64,000 nucleotides of DNA from a virus (lineage: Duplodnaviria > Caudoviricetes), in IMG/VR virus record IMGVR_UViG_3300024331_000007, positions 128,001-192,000 of that record. One strand, 5' to 3'. The position numbers and the translations under genes are program-made. The notes beneath the pieces are model-generated. The model did not search any database, was not told the origin of the DNA, and saw only the letters and a program-made list of their open reading frames with translations. Below, piece by piece: positions 18,483-28,890 of the stretch; within the stretch, counting starts at the first letter, position 1, and each line of letters starts with the position of its first letter.

Positions 18483-19018
18483 TTAGGACTTTTCAGTCCT
18501 GAGCTTCGATGCGGCCTTCACTAAATCCGCATCATATGTCACATGAAACTTTACTTCAAAATCTTCAACCTTCTTTCCAGTCTTCCCATCTAAAACTTGA
18601 GTCCGTTTCAAAGTGCTATTCAACTTTCCATCGCACTTTGTATTCTTTTTCTTCAACTCGTCAATGAAATTGAGAGCCTCAGAACATTTCGCAAAATCTT
18701 TTACAGTGAGGTTCATTAGTTTGAATACCTACGTGAACCTTTCCGATCAGTCAACCACTCCAGATTCACACGCTTCGCAGTTTCAGTATTCTCACCAGCA
18801 TCAACAAGTTTGTTCCAGACAGTCGCAAAATTTCGTGCGGCATCTTCAGGAACGTCAGCAGCAATAAACTGTCCAGTCACACCGTCAAAAACATCAACAG
18901 TGTCCATTAGCGCGTTTGGGTTTTGCGCAGGAACCAAAATTACGTGATTTCCAGCTTCGCGCAACTTTTCTGTGATTGCTTCATCAAACCATTTCGTCAT
19001 TTCGTTCCTACTTTCCAT
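18483..19018 (-). other. two hypothetical ORFs (18483-18716, 18716-19018)
   Basis: ORF track; co-oriented, immediately upstream of tmRNA. Confidence 0.55.
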
Positions 19019-19024
19019 TCATAG

Positions 19025-19582
19025 TTAGTTCGATTGCAAATTCCTTTTATATGGTCTTCGTAGCATATATTCTTTTACTTCTTTGCTTGCCCAATCTGGT
19101 TGAGAATCAAGGTCAACCAATAATCTGTTATGTCCAGCACAAATTTCACCCCTGTAATTATTCGGATTTATTTTCTGACCATCATGGTAATGATCCGAAT
19201 TGAGACGATTTGATTGAACTAAACAATTCGGAAATTGACAAACCCGCATCGCTCCCATTGCTTTGATTTCTTCTACTGTAAAACTTCCCTTCAAAAATCG
19301 ATCAAATCGAACATTACCACATTCTTTACATATAAATTTTTGCCTTCCGTGTTCACATATTTGTGATCCTTTACATTTCTTACAATGGCTTTTTCGCTTT
19401 CCGTGTTCACATATTCCAGCGCCACAACATTCCTTACATTGATATTTTAATCTGTTATGTTCACATATTCCCGAGCCATTACATAACCTACATCTAGTTC
19501 TTTGTTTTTTGTGTTCACATAAACCAGAACCATCACATTCTTTACATCGATCTTTACGTCTTCCATGTTTACAAGTAGTCAT
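19025..19582 (-). CDS. CxxCxGxxICEH-repeat zinc protein fused to an endonuclease VII-like His-Me domain
   Basis: Five CEH-type repeats, then CQFPNC...DHYH...RGEIC..HN resembling the EndoVII DHCH...RGLLC..CN motif. Confidence 0.6.
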   Translation of the reverse strand: MTTCKHGRRKDRCKECDGSGLCEHKKQRTRCRLCNGSGICEHNRLKYQCKECCGAGICEHGKRKSHCKKCKGSQICEHGRQKFICKECGNVRFDRFLKGSFTVEEIKAMGAMRVCQFPNCLVQSNRLNSDHYHDGQKINPNNYRGEICAGHNRLLVDLDSQPDWASKEVKEYMLRRPYKRNLQSN

Positions 19583-19596
19583 GATGTTCCATTTTC

Positions 19597-19625
19597 AGTA
19601 TACAGCTATTTATTGCCGTTGTCAA
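19597..19625 (-). promoter_or_regulatory. sigma70-type early promoter
   Basis: TTGACA-N17-TATACT. Confidence 0.75.
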
Positions 19626-19644
19626 GGTCAGTTATGACCAAAGT

Positions 19645-21591
19645 TTACATTTCCAGAGAAAGTAACACAGCCCTTTCTTTTGAAAGCTTTACAATCTGTG
19701 CAGAATTTTTTGAGATTGATTTGGATCGTTTTCCAGTTGAAAGACTCACTGATTTTTCGTTGATTTTAGTGATTCGCCCAACTTGAAGATTGGTGTAGTT
19801 AAAAGTTGCGTATGCAACCCAATCTCCAATAGTCAACTCTTCGCCAAGAAAATCTTTATATTTGGTTGGCAACACTGGTTTCGGTGGAGCAATAGTTTTT
19901 CTCGCTCTTTTGTCTGCTTTGTTTGCCTCAATAACTTTGGCGATGATTTCATCTTTTTCAGGAGATAGAATGATTACATTCTGCGTTTTTCTCCCCTCTT
20001 CAATAACGAAAATTACTTTGTTTCCAGCAGGATGGGCGTAAATCACTGTGCTGTCATTTGAATCTGGAGAGACTACATAATTGTTTGCCACTAGAAGTTT
20101 ACGAATCGAATCTTCTTTGAAGGAAAGCAAATTAGCAAGACGAGAGTAACGAACATCTCCAAATGTCCCTGAAACTAGATTTGTAACGGTAAACGTCGGA
20201 TCATAATTTGTGATGAGGTATAACTTTGTTGTCTTACATTTTGGACATGTGTACCTAGTAGTTTCAAGTTGATTCCACGAACCCCGCATAACATATGCAG
20301 TATATTCAGATGAAAATGTATGTCTGTATGGGCAACGCAATAATCCAAAAGCCATATGTTTATCCTTGTATGAACATTTGCAACATTGCTTGTTCATCTG
20401 TGAGTCGTATGATTTGTGTTGGCATCTTTTTAATAACGGTTTTCCTAGTTCTAACTCTTATGTGAACGCTTGTTCTGGTCAATTTTTCAACTTTGCCTAA
20501 AATAATTTTTCCATTATATGTGCCGCCATAACCTCTTATGTATCCTGTGCTATATGTTGTGGCAACCCAATCTGAAGGTTTTAGTTCGTTTCCGATGGCG
20601 TCTTTAACGACAACCTTTTTACCTTCTACCAATTCTGTCGGAACTTTGAAAACTTGTGCTGAGGTTTTTGTAATTGTTCGGCTTTTTCCATTGGGTAAAA
20701 CCACAACGCTATTTGTGTTAAAATCAACAACCTTTCCAAAAATAGATTTTCCCGTTGCTGTCTTATAAAAAGCAACCCAATCGTTGATCTGTATTTCCGA
20801 TCCAACACAATCTGTCATCATTGCTCCAATGCCATGAGCAAAGATTGCTCTGGCGTAAGTAAAAATATTTGTTCGGAAGTTTTGTACGGCAATACAATCT
20901 TTCCCTTTTGAATTTTCGCACCGATGAGCATTTGATCATCAGTATGCCACGAATTTTCTTTGAATTTCTCAATTGCCGTCACACGGCCAAACGACAAACT
21001 TTTAGTTCCCCACGCACAAACCCAGCATCCAACTGTTACATCATTTCCTCTTGCATCTTTCATTGAAGCAATCTTTGGCTTGGGTTTCGGTGCTGGTTCT
21101 GCCGCCTTGGCTGCTTTATCCACCTTCGCACATTCAATCAGTTTCGGGAATAATAGATCATCGGAGCAATGCAAGCCAATATACATTTCCGTTGTTTTGC
21201 GCTTCCGTGAGAACTTGAAAAGTACATATTCTTTCAGTTCGTTTTCCAAAATGATTTCAGTTTGTCCTGTTTTAGTTGGCGCGAATCCGTTTGCCTCCAA
21301 TGTATCCAGCAAAGAATCCTTTTTATAATTGCCATACGTGGATGAACCATAATTGTAGAACAATTCCTTAGCAAAGGTAACAACAATCATTTTTTTGAAT
21401 GTCAAGGCAGGATGAACATAATTAGCCAAAACTTTCGCATGTATGTTTGCGCAGTTTGGACATTTGGCAGTGAAACTATCTTTCGATGAAATCCAAAGAT
21501 GTTTGCAACCATATGTACATTCGTAGAGACTATGAATCTCTTTCTTCGTATTTGAATTTTGAAATGGAGTTCGAACTAGAATCGCTGGCAT
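19645..21591 (-). other. three tandem paralogous ORFs with D..G..(I/L)..GDWV SH3-like modules (19645-20397, 20360-20821, 20818-21591)
   Basis: KDFLGEELTIGDWVA, DCVGSEIQINDWVA, DAIGNELKPSDWVA, DARGNDVTVGCWVC; each ends in a short E..(A/L)(M/V/L)L helix. Confidence 0.7.
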
Positions 21592-21993
21592 TAGTCAAAA
21601 TCCTCATCGTCCCAAATTTTGCTGTTTCCATTGAAATGCTTGGAATCAGGATACAGAACAATTTCTTCCTCTTCATCCAACACGTCCCGCCACGTCTTTT
21701 TGTAACGGGATGGGCGTTGGTTCTTAGGAGTAATCACGAAGGATGCTTTGGGTGTACCAACACGATCACGCGCATTGCTCTTAACTGCGGAGACTTTGCT
21801 GAACGTCTGCTTTTTTCTTGACTTCGCCATAGTTCCCTTTCTTAGCAACCGTGAAATAAAACAAGGACAATGAAAACCCACGCAAAGACAGTCCAACGAT
21901 AATCCTTGTTGGCCTCATACTCATTACGAGGATTGCGTCTGCGATGACCGAAGTACGCAATAACAAAGATGATGAAAATCAGAGTCAGCATGT

Positions 21994-22656
21994 TTACCTT
22001 TCTTCGTCCAAATTGATTTCGTCCATACGTCGAACATCAAATTCGTTCAGACAGATGAATCGAGTGCCATTGAGATTCTTCATCCACGAAAAATGCCAAT
22101 GCCCAAAAAACCATATCTTCGGTTGATACGCTTCGAACATTGCCGATAACGCCTGTCCAGTGCGAGTCGGTTTTACTGACTCTTCTCGGTACGATCCATA
22201 ATTGCCAATGTTGAAACGAGTTAAAATCCACTGAGTTGCTTGATTAGGACCATCATGAGTAATCACAACATCGGGCTTGTATTCCAAATACAAATCAAAC
22301 GCTTCGCCCAATTCCTTGATAGTCAATTCCTCTTCAGGCCACCAAGAAATACCCTCGACTCGCATAGCACGATCAATGCTCCATGCGCCACTCAGATAAA
22401 AAACTCTGTGCCCGTCAATCTCAGCCGTTCCATAGTCACCCAAATAGTTTGGATGCGCACGACAGAAAGCAGGAGCATCATGATTCCCGCGAATAAATTT
22501 CATTTGCTTCGGAAAATCTGGGCTCTGAGATTTTGGAAACCCCAACCCCAAATCACCGACTTGAACAACAGTTTCATCTGGAAACTGTGCTTTCAACCGT
22601 TTCAATTCCTTTCTGAATCGATCCAACATTCCGTGTACATCGCCAACCAAAATCAT
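21994..22656 (-). CDS. calcineurin-like metallophosphoesterase
   Basis: GDVHG, GDLG, RGNHD, ITHDGP, FGHWH. Confidence 0.9.
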   Translation of the reverse strand: MILVGDVHGMLDRFRKELKRLKAQFPDETVVQVGDLGLGFPKSQSPDFPKQMKFIRGNHDAPAFCRAHPNYLGDYGTAEIDGHRVFYLSGAWSIDRAMRVEGISWWPEEELTIKELGEAFDLYLEYKPDVVITHDGPNQATQWILTRFNIGNYGSYREESVKPTRTGQALSAMFEAYQPKIWFFGHWHFSWMKNLNGTRFICLNEFDVRRMDEINLDEER

Positions 22657-22673
22657 AGTATGCTCCAGCCTCT

Positions 22674-22702
22674 AGTATATCAAAACAAAAGAGTTGCGTC
22701 AA
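22674..22702 (-). promoter_or_regulatory. sigma70-type early promoter
   Basis: TTGACG-N17-TATACT. Confidence 0.7.
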
Positions 22703-22703
22703 T

Positions 22704-22757
22704 AAAAACACAAAACCCTAAACCTATGAAAATACAGGGCTTAGGGTTTTGTTTTTT
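22704..22757. terminator. intrinsic terminator-like hairpin
   Basis: CAAAACCCTAA/TTAGGGTTTTG stem flanked by A and T tracts. Confidence 0.6.
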
Positions 22758-22766
22758 GGTAGAGAG

Positions 22767-23141
22767 CTACTCGCCAAAAACTATTGGATTTGTCTCAATG
22801 ATTGGTGCATCTTCGGGTGTTGGGACTGCTCCGCGTTTGTAATGTAACTTTCCTTGTCTCAATTCTTCCAGTGCAATCTTTGCAAAACGATGTGGAGGAA
22901 TTTCAATTCGCTTGAAAGGATTAAACTCTGAACCAACATTGCCCACTCCCTTGCGAATCGGCGCTCCATTCATTAATTGCCGGGTGCGATGCATAATAAC
23001 CTGAGCAAGTTGAAAGCGACTTCCTACTATTTCTTGATGCTGTTGAATTGTATTTGCGTCTTTTGATAACATTGGACCCTCAAAATCATTCGTTAGTTGC
23101 TGTTGTGGTTTCTTTCTCGTCTGTTTCTTGACCAGCATCAT
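22767..23141 (-). CDS. rpoZ: RNA polymerase omega subunit-like protein
   Basis: SRFQLAQVIMHRTRQLMNGA...KIALEELRQGKL parallels omega NRY.LV..AAKRARQL..GA...K....AL.EI..GK. Confidence 0.7.
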   Translation of the reverse strand: MMLVKKQTRKKPQQQLTNDFEGPMLSKDANTIQQHQEIVGSRFQLAQVIMHRTRQLMNGAPIRKGVGNVGSEFNPFKRIEIPPHRFAKIALEELRQGKLHYKRGAVPTPEDAPIIETNPIVFGE

Positions 23142-23337
23142 ATCCTTTATTAAAGGCTTCTCGAATCTGACTGGTCAAATATGCGCTTACCATAATGACT
23201 GACATCATCGTAATTGTGTTGTATATTTTCGACACTATGATAACTGCACATAGAAATGCCGCAATCCAATTGTGAGTGTACAGGATGCCGCATTCCAAAA
23301 CAAATAAAGCGAGAAGTTGTGGTATGGATTTGTGCAT
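23086..23337 (-). CDS. small membrane protein
   Basis: Hydrophobic segments; ends AFNKGYDAG. Confidence 0.5.
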   Translation of the reverse strand: MHKSIPQLLALFVLECGILYTHNWIAAFLCAVIIVSKIYNTITMMSVIMVSAYLTSQIREAFNKGYDAGQETDEKETTTATNE

Positions 23338-23587
23338 GGTGGGGACAAAAACTCTATCATGCCATCAAGCATCTAAGTTTGGATATTTGTCAATTTCTTC
23401 AAGCAGCTTATTATACTTGTCCATTGCTGCTGTTTCTTGCCCAGACATTTTTCCCCGTTTCCATTTGGAGTGAAACGATACTACTGGACTGCGACTTCTA
23501 TGCCTTTAGGCTCCATCGCAGTCCATAAAACAATTTGGTGTTAATACTCTCTAAGTTTGTTTCAATCACTTATTAATTTCAGTTAGT

Positions 23588-24073
23588 TTACTTCTTCGCC
23601 GCAATCACCGCCGCTGCCTGAGCAGCCGCCTTCGCACGGATCGAACCACCCCGAGCAGTGCTGACGATTGTCTTCACGATGCTCTCTTGCGCTGGCGTTT
23701 CAGTTGTGTTTGGATTTGCCTTTGTGCTAGTCGCGGTAGACTTCACAAGGTTCTTTGTGGCAGGACGGCCACGCTTTGCAGGTACAGCCGTGCCATTTAG
23801 CTTGGCAACTTGCTTATTAATGTAAGCGGCCTTCTCATCAAGAGACGCGAGATTGACGCCTTCTGGCTTTACTTCCTTGAGATACGCAATTGCTTCCAGC
23901 TTTGTCATAGGCTTTGGCAATGAAACAAGCACAAATTCCTTATGACCGGCCTTTGTCATAACTGCTGGACGCGCATCAGGATCGTTGGCAAACCGCGCCT
24001 TGTAGACACCGTTGGGGTCTGCGCTTGAGCCAGCATATTTGAATGTGCGATTGTCAATGTTCATAGTTTTCAT
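23588..24073 (-). CDS. basic Ala/Lys-rich hypothetical protein with long structured 5' leader
   Basis: Start trimmed to MKTMNID (AAAGGA RBS); KRGRP motif; leader hairpins GTGAG..CTCAC and GTTAGGC/GCCTAAC. Confidence 0.6.
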   Translation of the reverse strand: MKTMNIDNRTFKYAGSSADPNGVYKARFANDPDARPAVMTKAGHKEFVLVSLPKPMTKLEAIAYLKEVKPEGVNLASLDEKAAYINKQVAKLNGTAVPAKRGRPATKNLVKSTATSTKANPNTTETPAQESIVKTIVSTARGGSIRAKAAAQAAAVIAAKK

Positions 24074-24184
24074 TTCCTTTGTTAGGCTTTGCCTAACGTT
24101 ATGTGAGCAACTTTGTTGTCTCACGGTTGAATTTTGCATCTCGAACCAATCAGTCGTTGGATCGGTGCGCGTAGCTTTGGTATC

Positions 24185-24214
24185 AGAATAGCATTATGAA
24201 GTACCAAATGTCAA
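24185..24214 (-). promoter_or_regulatory. sigma70-type early promoter
   Basis: TTGACA-N18-TATTCT. Confidence 0.6.
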
Positions 24215-24530
24215 GAGTTTTTTCCGATTGTTACTGAAATAGTCTTAGTTCTTTGTTTTGAGGCATCTACAGAGTCTCTTTTTTCCAGCCGATAGTTAAG
24301 TTCAAACATTAGCTTGTTTTTGTACAATTCCAGAGCAAAATCCATCGCCCAACCCACTAAAGCGGCACTCCAATAGATGATTATACAGACCAAAGTGAAT
24401 CGAAACCATCCATCGTGGGGAGTTTTCGTGAACTCGGCGGTCTGAATCAGCCAGCCCGTCATTAAAAGCATGTACCAATGTTCTTTTAGAAAACGCCAAA
24501 CTTTTGACATTTGTGTTCCTTCCTGTTGCC

Positions 24531-24560
24531 AGTATATCAAATTCTGGTGTTCCGTGTCAA
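24531..24560 (-). promoter_or_regulatory. sigma70-type early promoter
   Basis: TTGACA-N18-TATACT with TTTGA before -10. Confidence 0.65.
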
Positions 24561-24650
24561 CCCCAAAGTTTGACAATAAACAATTCAAACTCTCAACTTT
24601 GACACTTCGATAAATATAGAAGCCGCATAAATACAGCAGAGGGATCGTTA

Positions 24651-25067
24651 ATGCCAATTAAACAGACTTCAAAAATCCAAGTTCGTTCGGGACTTCAGCA
24701 AAACTTGCCACAACTGGCAAAAGGCGAATTAGGTTGGGCCGTTGATACGCAGCGTCTGTACATCGGCAATGGCAATGTTTCTGATGGCGCTCCATTTCAA
24801 GGAAACACTGAAATTATCACTGTCGTTTCTAGCCCGTCAACACCTATCAACATTCCCGTTTCTGGCACTTTTCAGCAAACACCTGATGGTATTCGTACTG
24901 TATTCACAACAACTGGAAACGTGGCACCAGAACCTAATACGATGATTGTTTGGGTTAATTTTCCCCTCGTACCGGGCATTGGTTTTACAACTACTGGTTC
25001 TCAGGTTACCTTCACAACCGCACCGGGAGCTACAGACAACCTCTTCTGGCAAGGTTGGATTTCATAA
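24651..25067 (+). CDS. late virion-type protein with major-tropism-determinant N-terminal-like domain
   Basis: KIQVRSG...LPQLAKGELGWAVDTQRLYIGNG motif typical of tail-fibre N-termini; GATAAATA at 24609-24616. Confidence 0.7.
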   Translation: MPIKQTSKIQVRSGLQQNLPQLAKGELGWAVDTQRLYIGNGNVSDGAPFQGNTEIITVVSSPSTPINIPVSGTFQQTPDGIRTVFTTTGNVAPEPNTMIVWVNFPLVPGIGFTTTGSQVTFTTAPGATDNLFWQGWIS

Positions 25068-25083
25068 AGAAAAAGGATGGCGA

Positions 25084-26205
25084 TTACTCGCCATCCACAC
25101 GGAATACAGAATCGCCCGAAGGTTCAACCATTTTCCAAATCATTGTATCAATCTTTTTGCCGTCCAACAAACCAAACAAAAGACCTGAATACTTACGATT
25201 TTGTTCCATCGTGAAGTACTCCGCCATCTTCTTACGTGATTCCTTGTAAGGTGTAAATGGGTCAAGTTGAGGGCGATTCACGTAGATCACGTTCACTGCG
25301 TTGTAAATCGCTTCATACTTTTCCGTCAAGGACAAAACAACACCCTTAACCCACGTCTTAAACGTATCAGGCATACGCGCATCTGAAAGCCAACCGTTTA
25401 CGGTTTCCATCTGTCCGTCACGCAACAATTCCCACACAGAACGAACGTTCAAACCCGTCAGAATCTTGTGAAGACGAACATACTCATCAAACTTGACCTT
25501 AACTTTCAGGCCAGTTGAAGGATACGTCAAAACATAACCTTCACGATTCTTGTCATTCTCGGCAAGTGACTCGGAAAGCGTCTTACGATATTCCTTGACG
25601 ACTTCCAAACCCATCGCACGACAATAATCCTTCACATTTGAACGCGAAGCCTCCACACCAGTTTCGATATTCACCGCTCCCAAAATTACCAGACCTTCAA
25701 AATCATAGTCCACGACAATTTTGTTCTCGGAATAAATTACTTCCGAAACAAGCGTATAATCCTTCAGCAACGTCAACGAAGGATATCGCGAACGCAACCA
25801 ATTCGTAGCCCATTCCGCTTGTTCTGAATGGAAAGCACCGCGAGTTGCAACGTGATTTAAACCATCCCACGCGAACATCGTACCCATTGAACCATCCAAC
25901 TTCTCAAGGAAAATTGCCTGTTCCTTCGGCAAGTTTTTCTCTAACGTTTCGGGGTGACGATCATCATTCAGATTCCAAAACTTTGCAAATGGACGCGCAA
26001 CAACCTCATTGTTGTCCATGCAATACACAAGACCGCGAGACAAATTCATCTCGTTACCCCAAATCAGCTTAGGGTCGTACTGTGCTTGCGGCGTATAATT
26101 CAACACTGCCAGAGGATACTGACGGTGAATTTTACGCGAGATGTAGCCTTCGTGAATCAAACGATTCAAGTTCTCCACATCCATGATTTGTGACAACTGA
26201 ATCAT
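25084..26205 (-). CDS. rnlA: RNA ligase, T4 Rnl1-like
   Basis: ARPFAKFWN, adenylation motif EKLDGS, TRG, EGYV, KVKVKFDEY. Confidence 0.88.
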   Translation of the reverse strand: MIQLSQIMDVENLNRLIHEGYISRKIHRQYPLAVLNYTPQAQYDPKLIWGNEMNLSRGLVYCMDNNEVVARPFAKFWNLNDDRHPETLEKNLPKEQAIFLEKLDGSMGTMFAWDGLNHVATRGAFHSEQAEWATNWLRSRYPSLTLLKDYTLVSEVIYSENKIVVDYDFEGLVILGAVNIETGVEASRSNVKDYCRAMGLEVVKEYRKTLSESLAENDKNREGYVLTYPSTGLKVKVKFDEYVRLHKILTGLNVRSVWELLRDGQMETVNGWLSDARMPDTFKTWVKGVVLSLTEKYEAIYNAVNVIYVNRPQLDPFTPYKESRKKMAEYFTMEQNRKYSGLLFGLLDGKKIDTMIWKMVEPSGDSVFRVDGE

Positions 26206-27566
26206 TATATTTCCTTATCTTTTCCATTTGGCGTCAATTGACGAACATAATTAAGCTGAGTCGTCTGATTGCCCTTGTTCTTGATGCGTCCCGAAATGTT
26301 GTACGTGTTGCCCTTCGTCCAATTCTTTTTGTCAAAGAAAAACACAACACGATTTCCAAGTACGTTATTTACAAGTGCGTTTACCGCTGTCGAATTGAAG
26401 CGATCCTTGTAAATTGCATCGATGACAGTTATATTCAGATGGACCGTTTCACCGAGATGATTGTCCAGCGGAATGCTCTCATTCGTTGCGTTGCTGAGTG
26501 CTTCGCGCTCTTTGTTGCGCTGAATGTTGCGCTCATAGATCGAAGGAAGCGAAGCAATGAGCATAATCATTGGCCCTGCTTCGGGAACTCCCTCAGTTGT
26601 AGCAGCCTCAACAGCAGCCTTGATAAAATCCTTCGCTGTGCCTTCAAACACAAGCGTAATCATGCTGCAAAAATATTCGCGGACCTGTTCGCCTCGTACA
26701 TAATCTTCAGGAGTAATATCAGAACGGTCTGACGCAAGCATGACCTTAATCATGGAACCGTTTGGAAGTTTTGTTGCGTTCGGATCAGTTTTCGGAGGAT
26801 TCGGATTCGCGTAACTGCCACGAAAATTTTGCGTGTTTGTGCGTTTCACATATTCCCCGTTGATTCTCTGGGCAGCAACCGCAGCCGCGAACACATCAGC
26901 GCGATTGTAAAACTTTGGCTCTACGTTTTCGTCAACCGTTTTCATTACCTTTTCTCCAATTAAGAGCAAAACCACGCTTCTTTGTTGCAGTCACCGTTGA
27001 ACGACTTGATTTCCGTTACCATCCTGCGAACATCTTTCGCAGTGTACGTTACCATTTCATGAGTTGAACCTGTATATGTTATGTCTTTTTCGCGCAACCG
27101 TTTTATGTACGGAGTCTGGGTTGCTCGCATCAACCAAGTTCCAAGACGTTCACATGCAGCGCGTGAATCACGCACAAGAAAAGTGTAATCATAATGCGTT
27201 CCTGAGAAATGCGCCAATGTATTGATCGGCGTTTTCATATACGTCAAAGGTCCGATAAACTCTTTCATTACCTTTTCTCCCATAAATTTGTCATAGTTCA
27301 CAATTCTGTTCATCTTCTATGACTTCATCAAGTTCACGAAACTTTTGAGGTAAAACGCCATCAAAAGCATCAATTACGCTTTCTGGAAGAGTAACATTTT
27401 GAAAGTTAATATCAAACGAATGAAGGATATGGCGAATTACATCTTCGGCCAACCCAGCAGTTCGCATGGTTCCATCTACATACAGGGCATATATATCGCC
27501 CTCCAAAGTATGCACAACTTTGACATCAGAACTGCGAAGAATCATCTTATACCCCTTCAACAACAT
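26205..27566 (-). other. three hypothetical ORFs (26205-26975 with possible OB-fold tail, 26960-27313, 27291-27566)
   Basis: ORF track; operon behind promoter 27571-27599. Confidence 0.6.
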
Positions 27567-27570
27567 ATCC

Positions 27571-27599
27571 AGTATACCAAACTCGCTGAATTAAGTCAA
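27571..27599 (-). promoter_or_regulatory. sigma70-type early promoter
   Basis: TTGACT-N17-TATACT. Confidence 0.75.
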
Positions 27600-27641
27600 G
27601 TATATAAACACTATTGATTTTAAAGGGTTTAGAGACAGAAA

Positions 27642-27665
27642 GAGCGGGGCGCTTTGGCCTCGCTC
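27642..27665 (-). terminator. intrinsic terminator
   Basis: GAGCGAGG/CCCCGCTC-type stem followed by TTTCT on minus. Confidence 0.55.
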
Positions 27666-27689
27666 AATCGATTTGACAAAAACTAAAAG

Positions 27690-27938
27690 TTATGCCTTTG
27701 TGTAGCTGACTTCTGAACCCCATCTGTCACGGCGACTCACGCTATACTTGTTCAAACCATCGCGGGTCTTTTCGACGCGAACGTTCAAACCAGCTTGACG
27801 AAGTTCGGACATACGTGCTCTCAGGTTACCGATACCAAACTGGCTCTTTGCCTGACGAGCAGTGAGAGTGCGACCTGTTCCACGAAGATAATCATGGAGG
27901 AACACATTCTGCGTTGTGTTAATGTTTGTAAATGCCAT
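27690..27938 (-). CDS. small helix-turn-helix DNA-binding protein
   Basis: LRGTGRTLTARQAKSQFGIGNLRARMSELRQAG; own early promoter at 27991-28020 and terminator. Confidence 0.7.
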   Translation of the reverse strand: MAFTNINTTQNVFLHDYLRGTGRTLTARQAKSQFGIGNLRARMSELRQAGLNVRVEKTRDGLNKYSVSRRDRWGSEVSYTKA

Positions 27939-27990
27939 ATAGTCTAATTCTCCTTATCAAGCAAATGGCTTGATTTTTGTAATTGTTACC

Positions 27991-28028
27991 AGTATACTGC
28001 ATCTTTTAAAAACGAGTCAAGCTAAATA
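27991..28028. promoter_or_regulatory. abutting divergent early (minus) and late (plus) promoters
   Basis: TTGACT-N18-TATACT on minus (27991-28020) next to GCTAAATA on plus (28021-28028). Confidence 0.6.
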
Positions 28029-28056
28029 TTAACATCACGAAATACAGGAGCGTTTT

Positions 28057-28395
28057 ATGCCATATGCTATTATAGGAACTTTGGTGTTTTTGGCGTTGCT
28101 CGGTGGAATTATCTTTTACGCCATTCAACAGGCAAAGAAACAGGATCAGGAAGAATTAAAGTCTTCCGCTGAATTTGCCGAAGCTTGTACTTTTAAGGAA
28201 CCTGAAATTGCAGAGGAAGCTGTCAAGATTGAATTGGCAATGGAACCAAAAGTTTCCAAAAAACCTGCCAAAATGAAGGCAAAGAAAAAGTCCAAGAAAC
28301 CTGTTAAGAAAGAAGTTATCGTAACTGAAACTTTTGAATTTCCGACCGTTGCTCCAAAGCCACGCAAACCACGAGCAAAGAAACCTACTGTTTAA
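28057..28395 (+). CDS. membrane-anchored protein with Lys/Pro-rich tail (late)
   Basis: Single N-terminal TM; AGGAG RBS; late promoter. Confidence 0.65.
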   Translation: MPYAIIGTLVFLALLGGIIFYAIQQAKKQDQEELKSSAEFAEACTFKEPEIAEEAVKIELAMEPKVSKKPAKMKAKKKSKKPVKKEVIVTETFEFPTVAPKPRKPRAKKPTV

Positions 28396-28563
28396 CAGCG
28401 TTTTTCGCTATTATAATACATAGAAGTCGGTCAATATATTCATCGACTGTTTCGTAAGGCGGTTGAATCTTGCAATTAGGATCGCCGCCTTCAAGGTCGC
28501 ATTCACATCCTGCTTCATATCCATGTCCAGCAGTTCTACGCCACAATTCTTTCGGAACTTCTA

Positions 28564-28878
28564 TCATTCCGCGTCTTCCTTGATTTCTGCGACCAAGGGA
28601 AAAGACTCAGCGCGAGCCTTTACAATAACCAAATCTCGCAAATGAGAAGCAAGCTCTTTTGTAAGACTATTCACGACTTCGCCCTGTCCGACAGAATCAA
28701 TTCGAGAGGTTATGGCCGCAGCAGCATCATATGGGTGACCAAAAACCTCCATTATAACGCGCACAACAAACTCCGCGCTGGTTACTTCGTCATTAAACAA
28801 AACAACGCTGTAGCGAGGTGGGCGCTTGAGGTCGGTTTCAACTTTTACTTTGGTTAGAATATCGCATGCAGTTGTCAT
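28564..28878 (-). CDS. clpS: ATP-dependent Clp protease adaptor ClpS
   Basis: PPRYSVVLFNDEVT..EFVV..I..VFG...A...G.G.V; adjacent to clpX. Confidence 0.85.
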   Translation of the reverse strand: MTTACDILTKVKVETDLKRPPRYSVVLFNDEVTSAEFVVRVIMEVFGHPYDAAAAITSRIDSVGQGEVVNSLTKELASHLRDLVIVKARAESFPLVAEIKEDAE

Positions 28879-28890
28879 ACTTCAACAATA

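Noticed and set aside
18388-18760. Conventional one-piece tmRNA extending upstream of the CCA end
   Set aside because: Upstream is a protein ORF with no complementary 5' acceptor strand; the complement GTGGGTG lies downstream at 18363
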